Positions 38,453 through 51,691 of a DNA stretch of 64,000 nucleotides are shown piece after piece. The stretch is from Octopus sinensis. Taxonomy: Eukaryota. The stretch covers positions 131,750,001 to 131,814,000 of the forward strand of contig NC_043001.1 of NCBI RefSeq assembly GCF_006345805.1. Reading direction: 5' to 3'. The notes under the pieces are model-generated. The model was not told the DNA's origin. It ran no database searches and worked only from the letters and a program-made list of their open reading frames with translations. Position 1 is the stretch's first letter. Each line of letters starts with the position of its first letter. The translations under genes were made by a program, and so were the position numbers.

Positions 38453-39059
38453 CATATATACATATGCACACAAAAAAAATTAATCCATAATTCACTCTCT
38501 CAATTGACTTTGTTTTAATATACTTTCTTTAGTCCTTTTTTTCTGCTCTGCATTTTCAGAGAGACAAAGGTAAAAAAATGGAGTTTTCATTTTTACGTTT
38601 TTTTCCCAATATTTTGGTAAGGATTGCTCTAATTTTTTTCTATCTTATATTTCATTTTATTTTTATATTAGTACTTCATTTTCATATCTTGTTTCATTGT
38701 TGCAATGCTATATAATATCTCTACTAAAATACTAACAACATTCCACAAATTCAATTCTCAAGAGAGGGTAATGGTGGTGATAGGGTGTTTCGTCTTTTTT
38801 CTATTTTGTCTTGAATTATTTATTTCTTTGGTTCTTTGACTATTTGTGGTATTTTTTTTTTACTATTTCTATTTAAACAATTTGTCCCCATTATTCATCT
38901 TCTTCCCCAGCCACTGTCATCAATTTTTTAATAAAATTATAAAAAACAAAAAGGTGGAAGAAAAAATGGGTTGCATAGATTGGTTAAGGCATAAGGCAAT
39001 CAGATCACTGGTACGTTCAAATTCACTGAAGGTGTACGTTTTGATATATATGTATTCGA

Positions 39060-39123
<64 letters not shown>

Positions 39124-39147
39124 ATATATATGCATGTGTGTGTGTGC

Positions 39148-39184
<37 letters not shown>

Positions 39185-39187
<3 letters not shown>

Positions 39188-39505
39188 ATAAATATTTTAT
39201 ATATAAAGAACGTGAAAAACAGGAAGGGACAAACACGGAACACAGACAAATCATTCGAAGCCGTCAATCTTCAGTCAGACACCGAATCATCATAGTAAAT
39301 TTCGGCTGTTCAATTCTGATATTTGCTCCAACTCGGCCAGCCCCAAGAAAAAAAAAACTAAGCTGTAAGCATTAGATTTCTTGGTAGAAGACAGGAATGT
39401 GAACGCGCGAGACGGATGTAAATACGAGAGACGAAAACGAAATTGAAAACGGTAACGGTTAAACAAAATATAATATAACGGTGGTTGTCATACGACCAAA
39501 TGAGA
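39185..39505 (-). mobile_element. (TA)n-inserted repeat with permuted hammerhead-like motif
   Basis: Minus strand: cagccGAAA...tctgaCTGAAGA; flanked by (TA)n. Confidence 0.5.
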
Positions 39506-39654
39506 CATATATATATATATATATAATTAATTAATAAGGGTGAGAGAATTAGATACTAATTTAATAGTATATTTATTCAACACCAAGTGGCCTAGTGCTA
39601 CGAGAAACCTGGATTATTATAATATTTTATAACATATTATAATATTTTTACAAA

Positions 39655-39819
39655 ATAAATATAAGAGAGTGGTCACTATATTGCTCACTCTAGCACCAGT
39701 TAATCCAAAAGGTTTCAACAGTCGTACTGACTTTCATGGGAAACATGTATTTTCGTGGTTGAAACCTTTTGGATTAACTGGTGCTAGAGTGAGCAATATA
39801 GTGACCACTCTCTTATATT

Positions 39820-39822
<3 letters not shown>
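39655..39822. repeat. Perfect 65-bp inverted repeat with 38-bp spacer
   Basis: 39655-39719 is the exact reverse complement of 39758-39822. Confidence 0.95.
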
Positions 39823-39903
<81 letters not shown>

Positions 39904-39941
39904 CACCACCATCATCATCATTGTCATTATATATATAATAT

Positions 39942-40102
39942 AGGCATAGGAGTGGCTGTGTGGTAAGAAGCTTGCTACCAATCACACGGTTCCGGGTTCA
40001 GTCCCACTGCATGGAACCTTGAGCAAGTGTCTTCTACTATAGCCTCGGGCCGACCAAAGCCTTTTGAGTGGCTTTGGTAGTCGGAAACTGAAAGAAGCCC
40101 AT

Positions 40103-40169
<67 letters not shown>

Positions 40170-40591
40170 TCAATTTACAGAAAACAAAAGACGAAGGCAG
40201 GTGAATTAACAACACCTTCCATCATTCGAACCTGATTAGCCACTTATACTATTAAGCATTTTATAGGTGCCATACCAATGGTCACTCTATGACCAATCAT
40301 AATATTTGGCTTCCTGTCCTTGCCTTCGAAATTGCGGAGTAGATGTAACAGGGACAACTGATGAAGGGGAATATTCTTTATGTTGCATGTCTCGTTTCTC
40401 TGTTTTTTCTTTGTTCGGAAAAAAGTTTCTTTTTCTATGTTTTTGTTTTAATGTGTTCGTTTCTCAATGTGTTCAACGTTTTTTTATGTCCTGTGCCCAC
40501 ATATGCATGTATATATACGTATATATGTAGGTATGTACATATATGTATGTATATATGCATATATTTATATATTATTGATATACATACATGC

Positions 40592-40623
<32 letters not shown>

Positions 40624-40629
40624 ATACAT

Positions 40630-40663
<34 letters not shown>

Positions 40664-40683
40664 TTATATACATACATATATAT

Positions 40684-40719
<36 letters not shown>

Positions 40720-40732
40720 AATAGATAGATAG

Positions 40733-40796
<64 letters not shown>

Positions 40797-41005
40797 GTGT
40801 GTGTGTGCTTGTGTTTGTACCCTCTACTGTCACTTGACAACCAGTGTTGGTGTGACTGCATCCCCCCTAACGTAGTGATACAGCAAAAATGGCTGATACA
40901 ATATGTACTAGGCTTAAGAAATAAGTCCTGGGATCAATTTGTTTGACTAAAACCCTTGAAGGTACATGGTCACAGTGAAATGACTGAAACAAGTAAAAGA
41001 ATTAA
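39942..41005 (+). mobile_element. Family A SINE halves separated by insertions in the central microsatellite
   Basis: Head at 39942-40105, diverged tail at 40797-41005; MITE and PLE-like fragments between. Confidence 0.7.
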
Positions 41006-41534
41006 AAATACAAGAATATAGAAGAGATGTTCTTTTGGGATTAAAAAATCGCAGTAGAGTCCACTCGAACGGACATCCATGTAAAGTGGTTACGAATATT
41101 GCTTATCAGTATAATTACTGCGTTGCTCTCTTGAAGAGATTTTAGAACTAGCATTTTTATTTGTTGCAAAATCAGCAACTGTGAGTTCGCTTGAAATATA
41201 TATTTATATTGCGTGTAGAGTCTAGTTGCTATCATCTCTGGCAGACGAGGTGTGTTAGAAATAGTTCGAAATCAGGACTGGTCTACTGGTTTCGTGGTTA
41301 TGAGATGGTAGGGATTCACTCCCCTGCACGCAAGTTTATCAAGTGCAGCTGTACATCGTTAACCAGCTAGATGAGATGTCCTCTAGGGGTTAAAAATTGC
41401 AGTAGAGTCCACTCTAATGAACAGTCATGTTAAAATGGCCGCACATATTACTTGTCAGTTCAACTACTGCATTGATCTCTCAGAGAGATTTTAGAACAAG
41501 CATTTTTGCTTATATATGTATATGTATATATAGA

Positions 41535-42985
41535 TTGGGTCATCCCATAATTAATATGGTTTTTTCAATTGCATGGACTCAAAATCGGAGGGGGAGGGGG
41601 AAAATTATCTGCATCAACTTGCTATAAAAGCAGGTGGTAATTTTACCTTGTACTTATTCTTAGTGCAAGATTTGAAGAGTGCAGTTCGATTTTAACAGTT
41701 ATTTTTTCAAAGCTATAATGGAAGTGACAGAAGAGCATATTTGGCATATTTTGTTTTATGAGTTCAAGAAAGACAGCAACACAATGCAAAGTGCAAGGAA
41801 TATTAATGCTTTATATGGGAATCAGGCAATAAGCGTCAGCTAGTGTTGACTGTGGTTCCAGAAATTCCAAATCAGAAACTACAGCCTACAAGACGAGCCA
41901 CATACTGGAAGATCTGTAGAGCTTGGCAAGAGTGTCCTACAAACCTTGGTGGAACAAAACCCCATCATAACTGTTGAGGAACTAGCAGAGAAGCCTGGAT
42001 TTCGTCATTCAACCATTTATCAACATCTGCACGCCATTAGAAAAGTCAGTAAATTGGGTCAATAGGTTCCTCACAAACTTTCTAAGTCTAATCGTATGCA
42101 GAGAGTAAATGTGTGCTCTTCTTTGAAATCACATCTCACGAATGAACTTTTGTGTACTGGTGACGAGAAATGGGTTCCCAATCAAAATGTCAAGCACCAA
42201 AGACAGGCTAAAGAAAGTTTTCACCCGTGTAAGGTGTTGTTATCTGTTTGGTGGGATATGAAATGTCTAGTCCACTTTGAACTTTAAAACCCAAATGAAA
42301 CGATAACTAAGGAGATCTACTGTGAACAGCTTGAGAGACTTAAGTCAGTACTAGAAGAAAACGACTATCTTTGGTTTCAAGACTAAAGGTGTTCTATCAG
42401 GATAATGCTCGAGAATGACATTCCAACGGCTAGAGCAATTTGCCAAAGTTGCATCAGCAAAAGCTTATGGTGACTGTCTGGTGGTCTGCAATTGGTGTTG
42501 TCCATTCCAGCTTTCTGGAAGCCAATCAGAGCATTACAGCAAAGGTTTAATGCAATCAACTCACTGAAATGCATGTTCACTTGCAAAACATGAGATCTGC
42601 ATTGCTGAATCGGCATGGTCCAATTCTGCTCCACGATATTGCAAAGCCACTTGTTGCAAGAATGATGCTGCAGAAATTCACAAACTTGGGATACGAGACT
42701 TTACCACATCTTCCATATTCTCCTGATCTTTCACCCACTGACTACTATTTTAAAGCATTTAAACACGTTTTTAAGTGATAAAACTTTCAGGTTCAAACCA
42801 GAGGTAGAATCAGCTTTCAAAGTTTTCTTAGCGTCAAAGCCAATACATTTTTATCAACGATGCATAAATAATCTCGTTGATCAATTCACGATTCATACTT
42901 TGACTAATCAAAACATTTCTATTATTAATTTTTCCAGAATAAAATTATGCTTCTGAAATCTGCCATTATTTTTGGAACAACCTAA
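41535..42985 (+). mobile_element. Chimeric mariner: 5' part of the 35235 family joined to the 3' part of an Hsmar1/cecropia-like family
   Basis: Left TIR ttgggtcatcccataa; homology to the 35235 element ends ~42442; then PKLHQQKLMVTVWWSAIG...LLHD.A...HLPYSPDLSPTDY and right TIR ...ttggaacaacctaa|ta. Confidence 0.85.
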
Positions 42986-43076
42986 TACTTTCATTAACCA
43001 GTAGAATTGGGTTCAAATTTTATTATGGAATAGCATGAAGTGGGAAAGATAAGGAAGGCTGACTAGGTTTAGATAT

Positions 43077-43467
43077 ACTCTTTTACTCTTTTACTTGTTT
43101 CAGTCATTTGACTGCGGCCATGCTGGAGCACCGCCTTTAGTCGAGCAAATCGACCCCGGGACATTCTTTGTAAGCCCAGTACTTATTTTATCGGTCTCTT
43201 TTGCCGAACCGCTAAGTGACGGGGACGTAAACACACCAGCATCGGTTGTCAAGCAATGCTAGGGGGACAAACACAGACACACAAACATATACACACACAC
43301 TTATATATATATACATATATACGACAGTTTCCATCTACCAAATCCACTCACAAGGCATTGGTCGGCCCGGGGCTATAGCAGAAGACACTTGCCCAAGATG
43401 CCACGCAGTGGGACTGAACCCGGAACCATGTGGTTGGTTAGCAAGCTACTTACCACACAGCCACTCC
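43077..43467 (-). mobile_element. Family A SINE
   Basis: Shares an internal deletion (acgacagtttcc) and a microsatellite pattern with 47102-47462. Confidence 0.9.
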
Positions 43468-43939
43468 TTACATGAAAAATGAAAAATTATATTATAGTGC
43501 TATAATGACATTATTATGATGTGGTAGGGTGTCCTACCACATCACATAAATTGAACTTCCAAATGGCTGATGTCATTGGGATTTAAAGCAAAAAGAAACC
43601 AACTAATTTTACTAATTCACTAAATTTTTTTTTCTCTTAAATGCTATTTTTTTGTTCAGTGAAGAAAATAGCAAAACACTAACAATAAGAGCAACAATGA
43701 CAACAATAATAGCAAGAAACAAACAACAGACAGAGGCACAAGAAAAAAAACCAACAGTAACACAACAATAGTGATGACAACAGAAACTACCACAGCAACA
43801 GTAGCCGTGGCAATAATGCTAATAACACTAACAGCAACGGAAAAGGACAACGCAAATGTCATCACAACTACTACCATGACGACGTTGACGACGACGACGA
43901 CGACCACCACCACCACTACAACCACTACTACTACTACTT

Positions 43940-43984
<45 letters not shown>

Positions 43985-44023
43985 ATAATAATAATAATAA
44001 TAATAATAATGATAATAATAATA

Positions 44024-44061
<38 letters not shown>

Positions 44062-44999
44062 AAACAATAACATAACAATAAAGGGTATCCAATGTTAACA
44101 ACTATACTATCATCATCATCATCATCATCAAAAATAACTTCAAATCAAGACAAAAAAAAAAAGGAAAATCCTCTTAGAAAATTTGTTGCAAATTCTGACA
44201 AAAAATGATAACAAGGAATACCAAGCAGCACAATCATCAAAGGCTTCTGCAATTGAAAGAACATTTAATGATTTCTCGTGGAGATAAAGTTTTGATAATT
44301 ATTCTGCATGGTGTTTCTATATAATTTCTCTCTTGTTTTAAAATGTGTCGAATCTATGCCCCGTGATAATAGTACCATAATAATACAGTTAAGTTATTAG
44401 TAGCGTTATACTACAATCAGCAAGTCAGACGGTGACTATGCCTTTCTCCAGGTGATGATGATGCCAATTAGTTTGTAAGAATCCTGTAATAGATTAGTCA
44501 TTGTTTTTGTTGTTGGTGTGTAAAAAATCTCCTTCCATGCCATCCTTACTCCCCCCACCCTGCAGTTAGTCATATTCAAAAAATTTTTTTAATTTTTTTA
44601 TAGTAATGTATTGCCATATGTGTCAATTTTTATCATTCAGATGTTACCCTGATGCTTTATTCCCTGATTATGTTTCATACAAAAGTGCTTATTTCTTACA
44701 TCCAAGCATTTTTAGGATGATTATATTTTACCTGCTGGATATTTGGTTGCTATTTTTTAACAGCTGTATCAATGATATAGAGATCTCCCTTACTTCCCTA
44801 GTTTTTCAAAAATATATTGATTTATTCTTTTATTTGTTTCAGTCATCAGACTGCAGCCATGCAGGGGCACCGCCGTGAGGAATTTTAGTCGAACTAATGA
44901 ACCCCAGGACTTATTTTGAACCCTGGTACTTCTTCTATCAGTCTCTTTTGCTGAATCATTAAGTTATAGGGACATAAACACATCATCTGTCAATCAGTA

Positions 45000-45584
45000 T
45001 TTGGGGACGATTTTTCGTGAGTGAGGTACAAATTTTGTTACGACTTTTTTCATTTGCAATTCTTCGCTTAAAATTCGTTCACTGGAGCTCCAGGACACAC
45101 CAATTATATCAACAAGTTCGTCAATTGTTCGGCAACGGTTCTCCATGAATTCTTCATGAATTTTCGTGATGTTTTCATTCGTTCGGGAGGTGGACGGTCG
45201 TCCTCAACAAGGATTGTCTTTAAGCGACAAGTGACTATTCCTAAAGTGTGAAAAACACTCGTAAAATTTGTGTTTTGCTCATGGCAGCGTCCTTGTAAGC
45301 TATTTGAAGCATGAGAAATGTTTCGGCCGCCGTTTTCCCAGCAGAAAACAGAATTTCACGGAAGCCCACTGTCCCTTCGTTTCAGCCATCGCAAAAATCG
45401 ATGAAAAGGAGAAAAGTACTGCAAAATAAAGACGCCCCACGTGGCAGTATGACAAAGCAAGATAACACCGGTCGGCAGACTGATGTCTGAGGGTCGCATC
45501 AAGAGGCTTCAAGCATTGGAAGCCTGAACTACAACGGGCATGTCCCATAGAGAATGCTTCCGGTTACTTTTGGGTACCCCCTCG
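45000..45584 (-). mobile_element. Mariner 5' half (third family)
   Basis: ta|cgagggggtacccaaaagt TIR; MAETKGQWASVKFCFLLGK...GRPSTSRTNENI...RILSEELQMKKV.TKFVP. Confidence 0.85.
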
Positions 45585-45590
45585 TATATC

Positions 45591-45793
45591 ACTCTTTTCA
45601 CTCTTTTACTTGTTTCAGTCATTTGACTGCGGCCATCCTGGAGCACCGCCTTCAGTCGAGCAAATCGACCCCGGGACTTATTCTTTGTAAGCCCAGTACT
45701 TATTCTATCGGTCTCTTTTGCCGAACCGCTAAGTGACGGGGACGTAAACACACCAGCATCGGTTGTCAAGCAATGCTAGGGGGACAAACACAG

Positions 45794-45828
<35 letters not shown>

Positions 45829-45991
45829 CATATATACGACAGGCTTCTTTCAGTTTCCGTCTACCAAATCCACTCACAAGGCATTGGTCGGCCCGGGGCT
45901 ATAGCAGAAGACACTTGCCCAAGATACCACGCAGTGGGACTGAACCCGGAACCATGTGGTTGGTTAGCAAGCTACTTACCACACAGCCACT
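45591..45991 (-). mobile_element. Family A SINE
   Basis: Sequence match. Confidence 0.95.
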
Positions 45992-46286
45992 AATACAGAT
46001 AAAGGGTGAAATATAATTAATTTAATAAAATCAATGAATTTCACCAAGTAGTATTTCGGTATGGAAAAGGACCATATTCGGTAAAAAATTATATAATTAT
46101 AATAAAGGTTTTTTGGCAACAAGTTGCTTAAACCACATACCGAAATTATTAGAAATATCAGTCAAAGGGCTACCATTACTATTACTACAAAAATAAGTCT
46201 CCATAAACAACAGTATTTGTAACTCATATATGGTAAAAGAAGAAAGGAAAACAATGAAAACACACAGTCTACTGGATAATAAATAA

Positions 46287-46353
<67 letters not shown>

Positions 46354-47101
46354 TGATGGGCTTCTTTCAGTTTATCTCTTCCAAATCCACTCACAAAGCT
46401 TTGGTCAGCCCGAGGCAATAGCAGAAGACACTTGCTCAAGTTGTCATGCAGTAAGGCTGAACCCTAGACCATGTAGTCGGCAAGCAAACTTCTTACCACA
46501 CAGCCATACCTGCGCCTGTCCCTAGTATTATTTTATATTTGAGCCTGTTTCATATTTTATTTTTATATTCTAGATATATTATAATGCAATAAACCTTATA
46601 CACACACGCACACACACACATATATATAGTAATAAATGACTTTATTTAACAATAAGAAAATTCTAACATCACGACAAATTGTTTCGTAACTTAAAAGCAT
46701 GTAAATAATTTATATTATTATATTTAATAAATAAATTACTTATATGTCTGCATTATTACAAGATGCCAAAAATTCCTACAAAATAATGCAGTGTATACAG
46801 AGATGAATTATCCAGACGGGTACCGTAAAAGTTCTCAGGTGTAGTCCAGGTTCCAGTCAGCCACATCAAGTAGTAAGAAACACCAAGGGTCACTTCAGAT
46901 CACACTTGTGATAAGACACTGAATGAAGGTGCATAGCAGAATATTGCAGGTTGTATATGCAGCTGCACATACTCTATGCAGCAGAAATACATTTCTGTCA
47001 TTTTGGCTAACTAATTATGTTACATAATTAACTGTTAAATTAAAAGAAAACCTGAATATGTACCAGTCTCTGTATCCTTTGTAATCGTTTTGGATTTATA
47101 C

Positions 47102-47462
47102 TCAGTCATTTGACTGTGGCCATGCTGGAGCACCGCCTTTAGTCGTGCAAATCGACCCTAGGACTTATTCTTTCTAAGCCTAATACTTATTCTATCGGTC
47201 TCCTTTGCCGAACCGCTAGGTGACGGGGACGTAAAAACACCAGCATCGGTTGTCAAGCAATGCTAGAGGGACAAACACAGACACACAAACATATACACAC
47301 ACACTTATATATATATACATATATACGACAGTTTCCGTCTACCAAATCCACTCACAAGGCATTGGTCGGCCCGGGGCTATGTCAAGATGTCACGCAGTGG
47401 GACTGAACCCGGAACCATGTGGTTGGTTAGCAAGCTACTTACCACACAGCCACTCCTGCGCC
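47102..47462 (-). mobile_element. Family A SINE
   Basis: Sequence match. Confidence 0.9.
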
Positions 47463-47478
47463 TATTATATATATATAA

Positions 47479-47817
47479 GGCGCATGGCTTAGTGGTTAGA
47501 GCGTCGAGCTTACGATCGTGAGGTTGTGAGCTCGAATCCCGGACCGGGCTGCGTGTTGTGTTCTTGAGCAAGGCACTTTATTTCACGTTGCTCCAGTTCA
47601 CTCAGCTGTAGAAATGAGTTGCGACGTCACTGGTGCCAAGCTGTATCGACCTTTGCCTTTCTCTTGGATAACACTGGTGGCGTGGAGAGGGGAGGCTGGT
47701 ATGCATGGGCGACTGCTGGTCTTCCATAAACAACCTTGCCCGGACTTGTGTCTAGGAGGGTAACTTTCTAGGTGCAAACCCATGGTCATTCATGACCGAA
47801 GGGGGTCTTTACCCTTT
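47479..47817 (+). mobile_element. Family D SINE, tail variant 2
   Basis: Near-identical to 13790-14128. Confidence 0.9.
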
Positions 47818-47859
47818 ATATATATATATATATTTTTTTTAATTTTATTTTATAGAAGG

Positions 47860-47910
47860 AGCTTCTACAGGACTAGAACTGTTTCATTCAAAAGAAATCA
47901 TCAGGAAGCT
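47860..47910 (-). ncRNA. Type I hammerhead ribozyme motif
   Basis: Minus strand: agcttc CTGATGA tttcttttgaat GAAAcag ttctagtc ctGTA^gaagct; 6-bp stem I, paired stem III, weak stem II. Confidence 0.75.
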
Positions 47911-48847
47911 AGTAGACAAGTGTTGTTTTGGCATTTATACATTTAGGCAGGTTTAAATGGGTGGTGGTGGTGGACTTTTTTGGGGGGTAGGCATGGCGCA
48001 AAACTGTCATTATAAGGGGAGTGGTCAAAGGAATCGTTGGTAAAGTAGATAAGAGAATAAATAAAAGAATAAAAAAATAAAATAAAAAGATAAAAAACTA
48101 TAAATAGAAAAATAGGGTTTTAGGTAAGTAGGGAGACTCTCACTTGTACATCTACATATATATATATACACATATATACACCCGCATATTCACATATATC
48201 TATACATATACATACATACCCACATATACATACATATATATATATACATACATACATACACATACATATATATATACATACATATACATACATACATACA
48301 CATACCCATGTACGTACACACAGATACACATATACATACATATACATACATATATGTATACCCACTCGCACAAATATATACATATGCATATACATGCACA
48401 CACATACACACACATTTTTATTCTCTTATTTTAATTTTATTATTACTGCTTTTTGTTTATATCTTTATTTTTATTTTTATCTTGACCGGTCAATCGGTCT
48501 CAAGGGACGATCTAAAGATTCCGTTTATCTGTCTACTTACTTATACGAAGAACGCAGGCACTCACTCACGCCCACACACTCACACGTACACACACGTACG
48601 TGTTATATTCATACACGCATACATCTACATACATTCACGTATATTCACATACACGCATACACATACATACCTCAACACACTCACAGAAGACTAGTCCATA
48701 CATATACACTAATTAATATATATACACATATACATATACACATACATACACATACATACATATACATACATACATACACATACATATACATACATATATA
48801 TATACATATATATACATATATACTCATATACATATACATACACATAC

Positions 48848-48880
<33 letters not shown>

Positions 48881-49251
48881 TATATATATATATAAAACGG
48901 GATACATGCATACTCAACTAATAATAATAATAATAATAATAATGATAATAATAATAATAAAAATAATAAATATATATACGTGCAGTTACCCATTATACAA
49001 ACGGATACATACATATAAACATACCCATATATACCTATTTACACATATGTATATATACATACATACATACACACATAACTCTACATACCTACATATACAT
49101 AAACACACAAGCGTACATATATATATATACATATATATACATATATATATATGTATATATATATACATATATATATACATACACATACACATACACACAA
49201 AATATATACACATCCATATACACATACACACATACACACATATACACACAT

Positions 49252-49280
<29 letters not shown>

Positions 49281-49284
<4 letters not shown>

Positions 49285-50009
49285 CATTTACACACACATC
49301 TACACATATATATATACACATACACATACACACACATATACATATATGTATATGTGATATTGTGATATTGGCAGGCTCTACCTAAGAAGAGATGAAGGAG
49401 ATAGAGGCTTGAGATCCGTGCAGCTTTCTAATGTAGAATAGCTTCTCCCAGACACTTACTAAATAAAAGCAGCAAAAATAAATACATTAACTTAGTGCTG
49501 AAAAGGCAAGAGAACAACATCCACAGGAAGCTGCTCAGTAAGCGTTCTATACTTAATGATCTCCCATAGAAATTGTCACATTAATATACCTCAAAGAAGA
49601 CCTTGATTTGAAACACCCAACATGGCAAAAAGTGCTATGCCCGGGTATGTCTTCCGGAGGCTCGAAGAATATAATAATATCGACATGAAGTGCAGCTTCT
49701 TTGGACTGGTGACTGCTACATCGCATCACACTTCTAAGGGTATGCATTAGCAATCCAAGAACAAGAGATTGCTACCAAGTACCTACAATACAAAAGAGAT
49801 TGTGAAACCCTTGAAGCTCCAAGATGCAACCGAAAATGTAGATTATGTCATATCTCTGTAGAAGATATCACACACCTCGTTAGAAGCTGATCAAAACTGC
49901 CCTTAAGGTACTACCTCCCTACATAACACGACGTTGTCGCAGAAACAATATACAATGACATTCGGAACAAGACCTCCTGGAATAAACATTGAAAATCATT
50001 CTGTTATTG

Positions 50010-50059
<50 letters not shown>

Positions 50060-50789
50060 ATATACATTTACACACACATCTACACATATATATATACACA
50101 TACACATACACACACATATACATATATGTATATGTGATATTGTGATATGGCAGGCTCTACCTAAGAAGAGATGAAGGAGATAGAGGCTTGAGATCCGTGC
50201 AGCTTTCTAATGTAGAATAGCTTCTCCCAGACACTTACTAAATAAAAGCAGCAAAAATAAATACATTAACTTAGTGCTGAAAAGGCAAGAGAAAAACATC
50301 CACAGGAAGCTGCTCAGTAAGCGTTCTATACTTAATGATCTCCCATAGAAATTGTCACATTAATATACCTCAAAGAAGACCTTGATTTGAAACACCCAAC
50401 ATGGCAAAAAGTGCTATGCCCGGGTATGTCTTCCGGAGGCTCGAAGAATATAATAATATCGACATGAAGTGCAGCTTCTTTGGACTGGTGACTGCTACAT
50501 CGCATCACACTTCTAAGGGTATGCATTAGCAATCCAAGAACAAGAGATTGCTACCAAGTACCTACAATACAAAAGAGATTGTGAAACCCTTGAAGCTCCA
50601 AGATGCAACCGAAAATGTAGATTATGTCATATCTCTGTAGAAGATATCACACACCTCGTTAGAAGCTGATCAAAACTGCCCTTAAGGTACTACCTCCCTA
50701 CATAACACGACGTTGTCGCAGAAACAATATACAATGACATTCGGAACAAGACCTCCCTGGAATAAACATTGAAAATCATTCTGTTATTG

Positions 50790-50792
<3 letters not shown>
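49281..50792. repeat. 780-bp-period near-identical tandem duplication
   Basis: 49281-50012 vs 50061-50792, each bounded by (TA)n. Confidence 0.95.
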
Positions 50793-50834
<42 letters not shown>

Positions 50835-51064
50835 TCTTTTACTCTTTACTGTTTTACTTGTTTCAGTCATTTGACTGCGGCCATGCTGGAGCACCGCCTT
50901 TAGTCGAGCAAATCGACCCCGGGACTTATTCTTTGTAAGCCCAGTACATTTTCTATCGGTCTCTTTTGCCGAACCGCTAAGTGACGGGGACGTAAACACA
51001 CCAGCATCGGTTGTCAAGCAATGCTAGGGGGACACACACAGACACACAAACACACACACACACA

Positions 51065-51101
<37 letters not shown>

Positions 51102-51691
51102 CATATATACGACAGGCTTCTTTCAGTTTCTGTCTACCAAATCCACTCACAGGCATTGGTCGGCCCGGGGCTATAGCAGAAGACACTTGCCCAAGATGCC
51201 ACGCAGTGGGACTGAACCTGGAACCATGTGGTTGGTTAGCAAGCTACTTACCACACAGCCACTCCTGCGCCTATATATATATATAAACACCTGCACAAGG
51301 AATTCTGGTAGAACATTTCCATCAAAATATCTGTCACGTGTAAACATAGCAGACCGGATATTGTTGTTTGAAACAGACAAGAAAATGTATGTACCGCCAT
51401 AAAGGTCAGCCGTCCTGCTGATTTGAATGTCTCTTTAAAAATCAAAGAGAAAGCAGACAAGTATGAACAGTTGCTTGGAAACTTTCAGCTTCTATATTCA
51501 AATTATAAATTCACATTCATACCGATAATAACTGGAGCACTTGTGGTTTTGTGCGTAAATACCTAAGTGACAATCTGGATAAGCTAAGGTTTTCAGAAAA
51601 AGAATTCAACCAACTAACTCGCACATTACAAATACATTCTGTAAGTGGAATAGTAAAAATATGCAAGACTTTTCTCAAGTTTAAAATGTGA
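49365..51691 (+). pseudogene. R4/Dong-like non-LTR retrotransposon C-terminal fragment (restriction-like endonuclease), internally duplicated
   Basis: RLYLRRDEGDRGL; AIQEQEIATK; CRLCHISVEDITHL (CCHC knuckle); RPDIVV...KADKY...IITGAL (REL), ending KTFLKFKM*. Confidence 0.8.
50833..51271 (-). mobile_element. Family A SINE inserted in the R4/Dong-like fragment
   Basis: Sequence match; (TA)n on both sides. Confidence 0.95.

Noticed and set aside
43680-44290. Thr/Asn/Asp-rich ORF and short downstream open frame as a possible exon
   Set aside because: Compound trinucleotide repeat; no convincing splice signals or homology. The same applies to 52520-52774 and 54201-54452.
46037-46090. Hammerhead-like stretch on the minus strand (acc gaata...acc GAAA); also GAAACaatttGTC at ~46670-46690
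   Set aside because: No intact CUGANGA in the proper position; too degenerate to call.
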